A DNA stretch of 64,000 bases from an uncultured delta proteobacterium (GCA_963711565.1 CAVQEQ010000004.1:192001-256000), one strand, 5' to 3'. Counted from the first letter of the stretch, positions 8,822 through 18,659 are shown. Notes: generated by a model from the sequence alone, not told the origin. A program made the numbers and translations.

Positions 8822-11800
8822 ATGAGAAGACCCGGACGCGGATTGGGCACGGCGGCCGCGATAATTGCCGTCGCGGTCGGCGCGGCGATCGTCCTGGCAA
8901 GCGGGACCACCGGCGACCGCGTCCTCGGCCAGCTCGATTTCGCGCACAGCACGCCCAACCTGGTGGACGCGAAAGGGGTGTCCACTCCCGACGACGTAGC
9001 GATCGATTCAAGCGCCACGCCGAATCGGATTTACGTTGCCGATGAACAGAACAACCGGGTGCTCGGCTGGCGAGACGCGGAATCGTTCAGCAACGGCGCT
9101 CCCGCCGACCTGGTTATAGGGCAGCCGGATTTTCTTTCCTCGGATTGCGCCGTGACCAGCAATCTCAGTCTGTGCATTCCTGCGGGAGTAGCGGTGGACA
9201 CCTCGGGCAACCTCTACGTGGCGGATACCGGCAACAGCCGGGTGCTCGAGTACACCAATCCATTTGCGGCCTGCGCCGGTGTATTCCCATGCCTGGGCGG
9301 TGCGGCCAACCTGGTCTTCGGCCAGGGCGGCGATTTCACCGGCGGTAGCTGCGACTTCGACACCGATACCACCACTTCGACCGCCGTTGACCTGTGCGAG
9401 CCATGGGGCGTCGCGGTGGACGGCGCGGGTAACGTCTATGTGGCGGATCTCAACAACAACCGTGTGCTCGAGTACGACACTCCGCTGACGACCGATGTCA
9501 CCGCCGACAACGTATTTGGCCAGGACGGAGACTTCACCGCGAATAATTGCGATTTCGACACCGATACCACCATTTCGACCGCCGTCAACCTGTGCTACCC
9601 GACCGGAGTCGCGGTGGACGGATCGGGCGATCTCTACGTCGCGGATAACGAAAACAACCGGGTGCTTGAGTACAACGCCCCGCTCACCAACTCCACGGCG
9701 AATACGGTCTTCGGCCAGGGCGGGGACTTCACCTCGAATGATTGCGACTTCGACGCCGTCGGCACCAGTTCGAGCAATATCGATCTGTGCGGCCCGGCAA
9801 AAGTCGCGACGGATGCGGCCGGCGATCTCTACGTGTCGGATTTTGGTAACCAACGGGTGCTGGAGTACGACACCCCGCTGACCACCGGCGTCACCGCCGC
9901 GACCGTCTTTGGCCAGGGCAATAGCTTCGCGTCAGATACCTGCGATTACGACGTCGCCGTTCCCGGAATCGCCACCGACGGCAGCACCGCCGGCGACCTG
10001 TGCGATCCAAAGGGCGTTGCGGTGGACGCATCGGGTAATCTCTACGTGGCGGATACAAGCAACAATCGCGTGTTGCAGTACAACGCTCCGCTGGCCACCG
10101 ATACCATCGCCGCCGCGGTGCTGGGCCAGGATGATTTCATTCACAACGTCGCCAACCTGGTGGACGCTCAAGGGCTCGACGCTCCTCAAGCGGTGGCGAT
10201 CGACGCCAGCGCCACGCCCAATCGAATTTACGTCGCCGACGAGGACAACAACCGCGTGCTGGGCTGGCGCGACGCCGCCTCGTTCACCAGCGGCGCTCCG
10301 GCCGACCTGGTGATCGGCCAGCCCGATTTCCTTTCCTCTCTGTGCAACGGCGCCGCCGACACGGTCAGCGCGAGTAGCCTATGCGGTCCGGCGGGGCTCG
10401 CCGTGGACGGCTCGGGCAACCTCTACGTCGCAGATAGAGACAACAACCGGGTGCTGGAGTATGCAAGTCCGTTTACGTCCTGCGCGGGAGTATTCCCGTG
10501 CGTGGGTGGTGCGGCCGGACTGGTCCTGGGCCAGGGCGTCAGCTTCACCTCGAATATTGCAAACAACGGCGGCGTCAGCGCCGGCAGCCTGGACTCTCCA
10601 TTGCAGGTCGCGCTGGACGGGGCCGGTAACCTGTACGTCGCCGACAGCGATAACAACCGCGTGCTCGAGTACAACATGCCGCTGACCACCGGCGCCTCCG
10701 CCACGCTGGTCTTCGGCCAGGGTGGGAGCTTCAGCTCGAATGCGTGCGACTACGACATCAGTGGCAAGTTGAAACTTACATCCACCGCCAACGACCTGTG
10801 CAATCCAACCGCGGTCGCGTTGGACGAGTTGGGCAACCTCTATATATCGGATGCCGGCAACTCCCGGATGTTGGAGTACAACACTCCACTCAACGCGCAC
10901 AGCGGCGAAAGCGGCGCCGGCGATGCCACCGCTGATACGGTCTTTGGGCAAAACGGCAGCTTCACGTCGAGAACGTGCAGCGCCATTGAGATCACTGCCA
11001 ACGGCCTGTGCTTTCCGTCAGGAATCGCCATCGACGGCTCCGGCAACGTTTACGTGGCCGACGGCAACAGTGAACGGGTGCTGGAGTACAACACTCCGCT
11101 GACCAGCGGCACCAACGCCGAAAATGTCTTCGGTACCTGCGGCAGCTATGGTTTGTCCGCATGCACGGGGCTGAGCGCCAACAGCCTCGACGATCCGACT
11201 GGCGTCGCGGTGGACTCTTCCGGCAACCTCTACGTGGCGGATAACCAGAACAATCGGGTGCTCGAATACAATCAACCGCTGTCGCTTCCCTCGCCGACCG
11301 CGACCTCATCAGCCACGCCAACGATAGGCGCAACAGCGACAGCCACCACAGGCGCAACTCTGACCGCGACGCCAACCACTAGCGCGACACCAACCACTAG
11401 CGGGACGCCGACCACCGGCGCGACACCAACCTCGACGCCCACCATCGGCGCGACTCGGACCGCAACAACCACTGCCACCGCGACGCGGACGGCAACCCCG
11501 ACCGCAACAACCACTGCTACCGCGACGCTTACTGCTACCGCGACTCGGACGCCAACCCCGAGCGCGACATCCACCGCTACCGCCACGCCTACAGCTACTG
11601 CGACGCGGACGCCAACGCCGACGCCTACCGCATCGCCGGGCCTCGGCCATATCTCGGTCAATCGGAAAACCTTGAACTTGAGCGCGCTTCCGGAGGCGAC
11701 TGCGTCGGGGAGCATCACGATCAGCAACACCGGCACAGGACCGTTAACTGTCAATGTCAGCGCACCGAAGCATAACCCGCCCTTCACGGAGCTTGGCGGA

Positions 11801-11959
11801 GGAAACGGGAAAGTGATCGGCCCCGGCGGCTCCGACAACGTGACCATCGTGTACGCGCCAACAAAAAAAGGATCGACCAGCGATCAGATCGTGATCACCA
11901 GTAATGATCCCGCGCACAAGAAGCCGATCAAAGTGAAGCTCAAGGGCAAGTCGAAATAG
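8822..11959 (+). CDS. NHL-repeat secreted protein with Thr/Pro linker and C-terminal ASH/choice-of-anchor-D domain
   Basis: 12 copies of PxGVAVDxxGNLYVADxxNNRVLxY, then linker, then C-terminal ITISNTGTGPLTV...VKLKGKSK. Confidence 0.85.
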   Translation: MRRPGRGLGTAAAIIAVAVGAAIVLASGTTGDRVLGQLDFAHSTPNLVDAKGVSTPDDVAIDSSATPNRIYVADEQNNRVLGWRDAESFSNGAPADLVIGQPDFLSSDCAVTSNLSLCIPAGVAVDTSGNLYVADTGNSRVLEYTNPFAACAGVFPCLGGAANLVFGQGGDFTGGSCDFDTDTTTSTAVDLCEPWGVAVDGAGNVYVADLNNNRVLEYDTPLTTDVTADNVFGQDGDFTANNCDFDTDTTISTAVNLCYPTGVAVDGSGDLYVADNENNRVLEYNAPLTNSTANTVFGQGGDFTSNDCDFDAVGTSSSNIDLCGPAKVATDAAGDLYVSDFGNQRVLEYDTPLTTGVTAATVFGQGNSFASDTCDYDVAVPGIATDGSTAGDLCDPKGVAVDASGNLYVADTSNNRVLQYNAPLATDTIAAAVLGQDDFIHNVANLVDAQGLDAPQAVAIDASATPNRIYVADEDNNRVLGWRDAASFTSGAPADLVIGQPDFLSSLCNGAADTVSASSLCGPAGLAVDGSGNLYVADRDNNRVLEYASPFTSCAGVFPCVGGAAGLVLGQGVSFTSNIANNGGVSAGSLDSPLQVALDGAGNLYVADSDNNRVLEYNMPLTTGASATLVFGQGGSFSSNACDYDISGKLKLTSTANDLCNPTAVALDELGNLYISDAGNSRMLEYNTPLNAHSGESGAGDATADTVFGQNGSFTSRTCSAIEITANGLCFPSGIAIDGSGNVYVADGNSERVLEYNTPLTSGTNAENVFGTCGSYGLSACTGLSANSLDDPTGVAVDSSGNLYVADNQNNRVLEYNQPLSLPSPTATSSATPTIGATATATTGATLTATPTTSATPTTSGTPTTGATPTSTPTIGATRTATTTATATRTATPTATTTATATLTATATRTPTPSATSTATATPTATATRTPTPTPTASPGLGHISVNRKTLNLSALPEATASGSITISNTGTGPLTVNVSAPKHNPPFTELGGGNGKVIGPGGSDNVTIVYAPTKKGSTSDQIVITSNDPAHKKPIKVKLKGKSK

Positions 11960-12007
11960 ATTGCCGTAACGAGGCGACGAACGAAGCATACGTCGCCGTG
12001 ATATCCG

Positions 12008-12547
12008 CTATCTGGTCGATGGATCCGAGTTGTTGAGATTCGAGTCCGCGTGATGGTGGATCAGTTTCCACGTGCCTCCTTCGAGCCGGAAGATGTTGGT
12101 GGCGCGCTGATTGAAGGTGACCATCGGACCCTCCGACGAACGCAATTGGCCCGTCTCGGTGCAGACCGAATAGCCCATGTCGGTTCCGGCGACGACGGTC
12201 ATGTCCCGCTGCGTGATATTGCCTCCGGGATAAAGCCGAGCCATGTTTCGAAAACCCGCGGCGACCTCGTTCCATCCCATTGCGTGGCCGCCGGCCGCGC
12301 TCAAGTTCGAGACGTCGGGTCGATGGGACCATACGGCGCTCAGCGGATCGAGGTCGCCGTGCAGGGCGGTGTTGAACGCTTCGTAGAAAAGCACCGTCGC
12401 GCTGCGTATCGCATTCTCATTCGCCTTTGAAGCCGCATGAGGACCCGATTGTGCGCGTGCGGTCTGCGCGAGTGGCGGCGCGAGGACCATCGACGCGACA
12501 ATAGCCACAACGGAAAATAGATTTCGCCAACACGATGAGAATTCCAC
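12008..12547 (-). CDS. secreted SnoaL/NTF2-like (DUF4440-type) protein
   Basis: FYEAFN...GDL, GWNEV and RATNIFRLEGGTWKLIHHH motifs; start reset to GTG 12547 with GGAGG RBS. Confidence 0.75.
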   Translation of the reverse strand: MEFSSCWRNLFSVVAIVASMVLAPPLAQTARAQSGPHAASKANENAIRSATVLFYEAFNTALHGDLDPLSAVWSHRPDVSNLSAAGGHAMGWNEVAAGFRNMARLYPGGNITQRDMTVVAGTDMGYSVCTETGQLRSSEGPMVTFNQRATNIFRLEGGTWKLIHHHADSNLNNSDPSTR

Positions 12548-12798
12548 TGGTGCCTCCCACACAGTAAGGTTCCCGCGGTCGAAAAACTGCTGCCGGTCAG
12601 CTCTTGCCTCCGCACCCTGACACAAGGCAGGTCCGCGCGCGGCGACCTTGGCTGAGCCTACATTTAGTATAGCAGTCCGACTGGCGCGAGCGACGGCATG
12701 GCCAGGGCAAGCAGTCCGAAAGCAGACGGATTCCGAGTTTCCACTGGTCACGACGCCCGCGTAATATCGAATCGCGCGCTCCACAGGGAGGAGTACCG

Positions 12799-13185
12799 AT
12801 GAGCACCGCGAACAAGCACATTCAGCCCGGCTACACGACCATCACCCCGTACCTCTACGCCAAGCTCGACTTTATAGAATTCCTCAAGAATGCTTTCGGC
12901 GCTGAGGTGACACATATCCCCACGCCCGACGCCGAGGGGCAATTCCACGCCGAGGCCAAAATCGGCGACGCGCATCTGTTCTTCGGCAGCGGCTATTTTT
13001 CCGATCCTTCGATGGCGGCGGCGATCTATCTCTACGTTCCCAACGTCAACGCGACCTACAAACGCGCTGTGAGCCTGGGCGCCAGTGCGGTCAGGGAGCC
13101 GGCCGACATGACCTGGGGCGACCGCGTCGGAGGAGTGAAGGACACTTCCGGCAACACTTGGTGGATCGCGACCAACAAGAAGTGA
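12799..13185 (+). CDS. VOC/glyoxalase family protein (PhnB-like)
   Basis: ITPYL, HAEAKIGD and WGDRVGGVKDTSGNTWWI motifs; GGAGGAG RBS. Confidence 0.85.
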   Translation: MSTANKHIQPGYTTITPYLYAKLDFIEFLKNAFGAEVTHIPTPDAEGQFHAEAKIGDAHLFFGSGYFSDPSMAAAIYLYVPNVNATYKRAVSLGASAVREPADMTWGDRVGGVKDTSGNTWWIATNKK

Positions 13186-13197
13186 GCGAGTCAGGCG

Positions 13198-13677
13198 ATG
13201 GCACATCCCCGAATGTATGACGATTCAAATCCGGCGATAAACAAATTGCGCGAGATCTGCCTGGCGTTCCCGGAGGTCTTCGAGAAAGAGGCTTGGGGCG
13301 AATGTACCTTTCGCGTCATCGGCGGGAGCATGTTCGCGATGACCGACAACAACCACCACGGCAGCGGCCACGTCGCGGTATGGGTCAAGGCGCCGGCGAT
13401 GGTTCAGGAAATCCTGGTCAACTCGGACCCGAAGCGGTTTTTCATTCCGCCCTACATGGGCAAGCAGGGATGGGTCGGGGTTCGCATCGACTACAAAGTG
13501 AAATGGGACCAGACGGCGGCGATTCTGAAAGACGGATACCTGATGTCGGCGCCGCGCAAGGTTCGGCACACATCTCCGGTCCGGCTCGGCGTCGTTGGAG
13601 CCGACCCTGCGCCAAATCGAATCAAAAGGCCGTCGCGACGAAAGAAGGCGTCCAGCCGAGTCCGCTACGAAACCTGA
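13198..13677 (+). CDS. MmcQ/YjbR family DNA-binding protein
   Basis: LREICLAFPEV, FFIPPYMGKQGWVG and LKDGY motifs. Confidence 0.85.
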   Translation: MAHPRMYDDSNPAINKLREICLAFPEVFEKEAWGECTFRVIGGSMFAMTDNNHHGSGHVAVWVKAPAMVQEILVNSDPKRFFIPPYMGKQGWVGVRIDYKVKWDQTAAILKDGYLMSAPRKVRHTSPVRLGVVGADPAPNRIKRPSRRKKASSRVRYET

Positions 13678-13732
13678 ACGCGCCCGCCGTGCCGCCGCAC
13701 CTTTCCGGACTGCTCCGACGAACCTCAGCAGT

Positions 13733-14431
13733 TCAGCGCGTCCCGTAGAAGAGCCACTTGTCGCCGTGCAGCAGAAGATTCTTCGTTTTGATTGGAGATA
13801 GACTCTCGATCTCGCGGATCGTCGGGCGAATCCCGTACCACTCGTTGCGATAGAGTCCGCGCGGACCTTGCGCGGATCGCCGCTCGACCAGCCATCGACG
13901 CATCCGCAGCGCGAACGCAATTGAGTCACGCCACGTCCGCGGCGTCATCGTGAAGATAAGCCGTCCGCCCGGTTTGAGCACTCGCGCCGCCGTCTTGAGG
14001 TACGCCTGCAGTACATCCAGATCAGGCAGATGCTGAAAGACGCAGTACGCGACGAACGCATCGACGGAGCTGTCCGCGATTTCCTTGAGCGTCGGCGTCT
14101 CCGCGCGATGAAACGACGCGTTGGCAGCCTCGACCGAACTGCGCGCAATCGTCAGCATCTCCGCCGACAGATCGAATGCGAACACCTTGCCGACTTCGGG
14201 CGCGATCGCACGCGTGAGGCGTCCGACGCCGCAGCCGATTTCCACGACGGTATCGGTGCCCGTCGGCTCGTAGCCGACCGCCGACTTCAGATCGTTCCAG
14301 ATTTTCGGGCCCGACGCCCAGAATTCAGCGAGGTTGCGCCCGTCGTATGGGCCCGCCGACGATACATACCAGTATGGATTTTCCCGGGCTTTTTCGTCCC
14401 AGAATTGACGGCTTGCCTCCAGTCCACTCAT
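13733..14431 (-). CDS. class I SAM-dependent methyltransferase
   Basis: VVEIGCGVGR motif I, DLSAEML, VFQH, RVLKPGG; start taken at MSGLEAS. Confidence 0.85.
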   Translation of the reverse strand: MSGLEASRQFWDEKARENPYWYVSSAGPYDGRNLAEFWASGPKIWNDLKSAVGYEPTGTDTVVEIGCGVGRLTRAIAPEVGKVFAFDLSAEMLTIARSSVEAANASFHRAETPTLKEIADSSVDAFVAYCVFQHLPDLDVLQAYLKTAARVLKPGGRLIFTMTPRTWRDSIAFALRMRRWLVERRSAQGPRGLYRNEWYGIRPTIREIESLSPIKTKNLLLHGDKWLFYGTR

Positions 14432-14565
14432 CGATTCGATGCACCTTCCAGCTCTCAGTCGAGAAATATATTGGCACAACGAATCAACAAAACCACGCGG
14501 AGGATACGCGGCGTGGATAGATCTGCCGCCTCGGAGGCGGCCCCGGGCTATTACGGAATCTTGAA

Positions 14566-14760
14566 TTAACTAAGCCTGGTGATCGCGACCGAGCCGTCGC
14601 GGCCGCGCGCAGCTTTCACCGTATCAAGCAGATATTCCACCGCACCCTGCAGTTCCTCGAGCGAGGCCGAGCCGTCGGGCGCAACGATCGATTGCACTCC
14701 GTCGTAGGCAACCGCGACCGATTCGGGAATCTGCAATGCAAAAGTACGTCGCTCACTCAT
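14566..14760 (-). CDS. small hypothetical protein (64 aa)
   Basis: MSERRTFALQIPESVAVAYDG...LEELQGAVEYLLDTVKAARG; GGAGA RBS; preceded by a sigma54-like motif. Confidence 0.6.
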   Translation of the reverse strand: MSERRTFALQIPESVAVAYDGVQSIVAPDGSASLEELQGAVEYLLDTVKAARGRDGSVAITRLS

Positions 14761-14822
14761 TTGACGTTCTCCAGTGGTGAATTCACAGGGTTGGACGGAT
14801 CTCGCCACCGAAATATTTCGTA

Positions 14823-14839
14823 AGCAATCTTCACGCCAA
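14823..14839 (-). promoter_or_regulatory. sigma54 (-24/-12) promoter candidate
   Basis: Minus strand reads TTGGCGTGAAGATTGCT = GG-N10-GC, matching TGGCRYR-N4-TTGCW, about 60 bp upstream of ATG 14760. Confidence 0.55.
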
Positions 14840-14984
14840 GGAACCAGAACGCGCAGAGTCGAGCCAGCTCTTACGCAAGTCAGCGTAATCGTGTCGCACC
14901 TAATTACGGCGGCGGACGAAATTTTGGCAACCTGCCACAGAACGGGGCAGCACTGAGACTCAGATCGGTGTATCGGTGTGAACG

Positions 14985-15773
14985 CTACGCCGCTCGGCGA
15001 CGACGACCTGATGGGGCGGCGTCCGGAGCGCGAAGATCCACTGGCGCCGTCAATCCGGCGGAATTGCGCGCAATCGCGGCGATCGTCCCGCCCTTTAACA
15101 AAATGTAGAGACGTCCCCGCCGCGCGATTTCCCCCTGCTCGATCAGGTCCGCCATCAGCCGGCTTACCATCGGTCGCGAGCAGCCGATCATTTCGGCCAG
15201 GTCCCCATGCGCCGGCTCGAAGGTCAGCGCGATACCGTCGTCGTCGGGCGCGCCAAATTTTCGCCCGAGCTGGGCCAGCATCAACTCGAGCCGCTCGCGG
15301 AACGACATCCCCAGGAACGACGCGTAGTAGTGGACCCATCCCGACCACGCCGAGTTCATCCGCTCTGAAACCTCGAGCAGCGTCGCCGAGTCTAGCGACG
15401 TGAGTAATTCGCGCACGCGCTGGCGCGTGATCATCGCAACCACGCATTTGCTCAGCGCTTGTGCCTCGAAGCGGCGGATCCACTGGCCCTTTTCATTGAG
15501 CTGGTCCGCGACTCCGATCACGTCGCCCGCAGTCGCCAGCCGAACCATGATCCGGCTGCCATTGGGACTCGGGCAGCTTTCCTTGACCAAACCTTTCACG
15601 ACCCAAAAAATTATGTCGGCAGGCGCGCCCTGGCAGAAAATCATTGCGCCCGGCGCGTAGTTGAGATTGCTGTGATATTCCAGGATCTCGCGCACGATTT
15701 CGGGCGGGACCTTCCACGACAGCAGCTGCGCCTCGAACTGATTTCCTGCTTCAGGCGTCGTTGGAATATTCAT
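14985..15773 (-). CDS. Crp/Fnr family transcriptional regulator
   Basis: cNMP-type beta-barrel (IFCQGAPADIIFWVVKG) and HTH HGDLAEMIGCSRPMVSR; start reset to MNIPTT. Confidence 0.85.
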   Translation of the reverse strand: MNIPTTPEAGNQFEAQLLSWKVPPEIVREILEYHSNLNYAPGAMIFCQGAPADIIFWVVKGLVKESCPSPNGSRIMVRLATAGDVIGVADQLNEKGQWIRRFEAQALSKCVVAMITRQRVRELLTSLDSATLLEVSERMNSAWSGWVHYYASFLGMSFRERLELMLAQLGRKFGAPDDDGIALTFEPAHGDLAEMIGCSRPMVSRLMADLIEQGEIARRGRLYILLKGGTIAAIARNSAGLTAPVDLRAPDAAPSGRRRRAA

Positions 15774-16051
15774 TTTATTACCCACTCGACCGCACGCCAT
15801 AACGTGCGACGCCGACCAGCGCGGCGGCCAGCAGCCGTCGCGACATTCACGCTATTAATCGTCTGATTTGGCAAACTTCCCCAAATCGAACCCGAAAAGT
15901 GTCAGAATTTTCCGATCAGCCGGACGTGATGTATAGGCCAAGTGTCAGCTTATATGCAAGGGTCAGCTGTGAGCCGCATAGACCAGCACGATTTGTCCGG
16001 CTGGCATCTACGCGTGCATCGATGCTTCAGAAGGTCGCTGCGACCTCACCC

Positions 16052-16711
16052 TTACGCGGTGAGGCCCTTTCTTGCTTTGATCTCGTCCAGCAGGGCGTTG
16101 ATCTTCTGCTCGCGTTCCAGCATGTGAAGGCGGACGTCGAGGTCGTCGCCCAGCATCTCGCCCGTCGCCATGCCGAGAGCTTCTTCGCGCGCGACCTTGT
16201 GACGCATCCGCTCGAACGCGCCGTGTTCGGTGTCCGACGTGTGTTGCGCATTCGCCGCGCGATGCGTTGCGCGTGAACGCCGATGCTGAACGATCAGGAG
16301 GTCCGCCATCGCGCGGGCTTCTGAAAGCTTCAGCTCGAGTCTCTTCAATGCGGATTTCATCGACTCGACCTGCGTATGATGGTCTTCGATCTGCTGATCG
16401 TAATTCTCGGCCAGCACGTGGAAGCTCACCGCGCGCTCGAGCGCCGCACGCGCCAGTTGGTCGTCCTTCTTGTTGACGGCCAACTCAGCCTTGCGCATCC
16501 ACTCGGCATGCTTCGCGTTATTCTCGGCTTTCTTCTTTTCGAGCAGGTGCAGGTCGGCCAGCGCGATTGCGACTTGCGTCTTCACCTGCATGAACTGGTT
16601 TTCCATATCGAGAATCACCTGCTTGAGCATTTTCTCCGGATTCTCGGCCTTGTCGATCAGGTCATTGAGATTGGCCCGCACCAGGGTTGCTACACGATCC
16701 ATGAGTGCCAT
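16052..16711 (-). CDS. pspA: PspA/IM30 family protein
   Basis: RVATLVRANLNDLIDKAENPEKMLKQVILDM, AELAVNKKDDQLARAALER, AFERM. Confidence 0.9.
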   Translation of the reverse strand: MALMDRVATLVRANLNDLIDKAENPEKMLKQVILDMENQFMQVKTQVAIALADLHLLEKKKAENNAKHAEWMRKAELAVNKKDDQLARAALERAVSFHVLAENYDQQIEDHHTQVESMKSALKRLELKLSEARAMADLLIVQHRRSRATHRAANAQHTSDTEHGAFERMRHKVAREEALGMATGEMLGDDLDVRLHMLEREQKINALLDEIKARKGLTA

Positions 16712-16746
16712 AACGAACTCCTTGCCCGCATTGTCGCGAGCGCCTG

Positions 16747-18201
16747 CTACTTCGCCTTGTTGGTTCCGTCCGGAGGCGGTAGCCGATCCGGACGATCCGC
16801 CTTGTCGCCAATCATTTTGATCTTGCCGAGCAGGTCGGACATCTTCATGCCCGAGAGCGCTTCGAACAGCTCCGGCACTTGTGCGGCGATCTGAGTCAGG
16901 TCGCCGGTGATTTTGTTCAGGCCCGCGGAATCGCCGTTGCCGGTCGAGACCACTGTGATCCGATCGACATTGGCCAACGGACTCGCGAGAGCCTTCACCA
17001 CTTCCGGCAATCCTGTAATCAGCTTGTCCAGCACAGCCGCCTGGTTGTACTCCTGGTACGCCTCCGCCTTGACGTTCATCGCGCGCGCCTCGGCGTCGCC
17101 CTTCTTGAAAATGATTTCAGCTTCCGCTTCGCCTTGCGCGCGAATCGCGCTGGCGTGGCCCTCGGCCTCGACCATCGTCTTCGACTTGTCGGCCTCGGCC
17201 AGCGTCTGGATACGCTGCCGCTCGATCTCCGCCGGCTTCAGCACGGTGGCGATCAGCTCCTTCTCGCGGCGCAGGATTTCGGCCTCCTGCACCTTCACTT
17301 GCTGCTCCTTTTCCGCCTGCTGGACCTTTACCGACTCGACGATCACCTGCTGCTGCATCACGTTGGTCTGGATTTCGTACGCCTTGTCGGCCTGTGCCTG
17401 CTGGCGTTTGACCAACTCATTGTAGGTCGCTTTTTTCACATCGAGATCGCGCTGCGCTTCGGCCTGCCGCGCCATCGAGGCCGTCTCGGCCGCGACCCGC
17501 TCCTGGTCGGCCTGCGCCTTGGCGACCGCCGATTCTCTCAGCGCGATCGCGCGCTTGATCGCGGTGTCGCGATCAGCCTCAGCCGCCGCCACGTCCGCAT
17601 CGCGCTTGATCCTCACGATGTCGGGACGGCCCATGTTGGTGATGTAGTCGTTCTTGTCGCGCACTTCCTTGATAGTGAACGAGATCACTTCAAGGCCCAT
17701 CTTGTTAATGTCGTCGGCGCATGTGGAACGCATCCGATCGGCAACCATTTCGGGCTGCTTCACAATCTCTTCGACGGTGAGTTGGCCGATGATGCCACGT
17801 AAGTGGCCTTCCATCACGAGCCGAATCAGGGCCTCGCGATCGGCGGGCTCCTTGGTCAGAAATTGCTCCGCCGCCGTCAGGATCGACTCCGGATCGGACT
17901 TCACTTTGATCTGGGCGACGGCTTCCACCGTCACCGCGACACCTTGCTTGGTGTACAGGTCCTGTTGCGGCGCCACGTCGAACGACATCAGCTCGAGCGA
18001 CAGGCCGCGAACGTTTTCGACCATCGGCAGGATGACGGTGCCGTGACCTTTGATCACGCGCGTGCCGCGAAACCCGTACACGATAAGCGCCTCATGCGGT
18101 CCCGCCTTGCGATACAAATTTGCAAAGACGGCCATCAGCAGCAGGATAGCGGCTACTGCCGTCCCCACGATTACCAGCACATCGGTCGGTATTTGCGGCA
18201 T
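16747..18201 (-). CDS. flotillin / SPFH domain protein
   Basis: N-terminal TM; SPFH domain (TKQGVAVTVEAVAQIKV, EGHLRGIIGQLTVEEI); AEA-rich coiled coil; ASPLANVDRITVV. Confidence 0.92.
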   Translation of the reverse strand: MPQIPTDVLVIVGTAVAAILLLMAVFANLYRKAGPHEALIVYGFRGTRVIKGHGTVILPMVENVRGLSLELMSFDVAPQQDLYTKQGVAVTVEAVAQIKVKSDPESILTAAEQFLTKEPADREALIRLVMEGHLRGIIGQLTVEEIVKQPEMVADRMRSTCADDINKMGLEVISFTIKEVRDKNDYITNMGRPDIVRIKRDADVAAAEADRDTAIKRAIALRESAVAKAQADQERVAAETASMARQAEAQRDLDVKKATYNELVKRQQAQADKAYEIQTNVMQQQVIVESVKVQQAEKEQQVKVQEAEILRREKELIATVLKPAEIERQRIQTLAEADKSKTMVEAEGHASAIRAQGEAEAEIIFKKGDAEARAMNVKAEAYQEYNQAAVLDKLITGLPEVVKALASPLANVDRITVVSTGNGDSAGLNKITGDLTQIAAQVPELFEALSGMKMSDLLGKIKMIGDKADRPDRLPPPDGTNKAK

Positions 18202-18206
18202 GTTCG

Positions 18207-18611
18207 TTAATCCCCTTGTTGCAGTCGATTGTGAGACATTTGGGCAATGGTTCCGTTTGAACCAAGAATCTGCTCGATGGCCATCTCGGCGTTTTTCACT
18301 TCAACGATTATGCTGCTGTAAAATTGGCCCTCTATCTCCAGAGAGACAACGTCTTTCGATGATCTCCGGAGATCCAGGAATGCCCAGCGATGCGGTGAGC
18401 CAATCCAGTACGTTCCGACCGCCATCACTTGGGGGATTCCTGTGCCCAGCACGCGGATATCTGTCCGCCGGAACGTGGGCAACCCCGCAGTCGCACTGAT
18501 GCTCTTTATCGCACCTAGGGGGACGTCAACGCTGCTCTTCAGTCCGAGCAATTTGTCCCAGCCAAGTATCTCGACGTGAAGATCATTTCCCTTGACCGTT
18601 AGCTCAACCAT
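18207..18611 (-). CDS. hypothetical protein, possibly bacterial PH-like fold
   Basis: VDVPLGAIKSI, RVLGTGIP...GTY and SLEIEGQFYSSIIVEV motifs; visibly lower GC than flanks. Confidence 0.6.
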   Translation of the reverse strand: MVELTVKGNDLHVEILGWDKLLGLKSSVDVPLGAIKSISATAGLPTFRRTDIRVLGTGIPQVMAVGTYWIGSPHRWAFLDLRRSSKDVVSLEIEGQFYSSIIVEVKNAEMAIEQILGSNGTIAQMSHNRLQQGD

Positions 18612-18659
18612 TCGCGTACTCCAGTTTAGTCTGAACTAGTGCCAGCATTTTGCTTCGGG

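Noticed and set aside
12675-12735. Partial resemblance to ZTP (GACTGGCG..GAGCGAC) and c-di-GMP-I (CAGGGCAA..GAAA) riboswitches
   Set aside because: Required P1/pseudoknot partners and downstream conserved segments are missing
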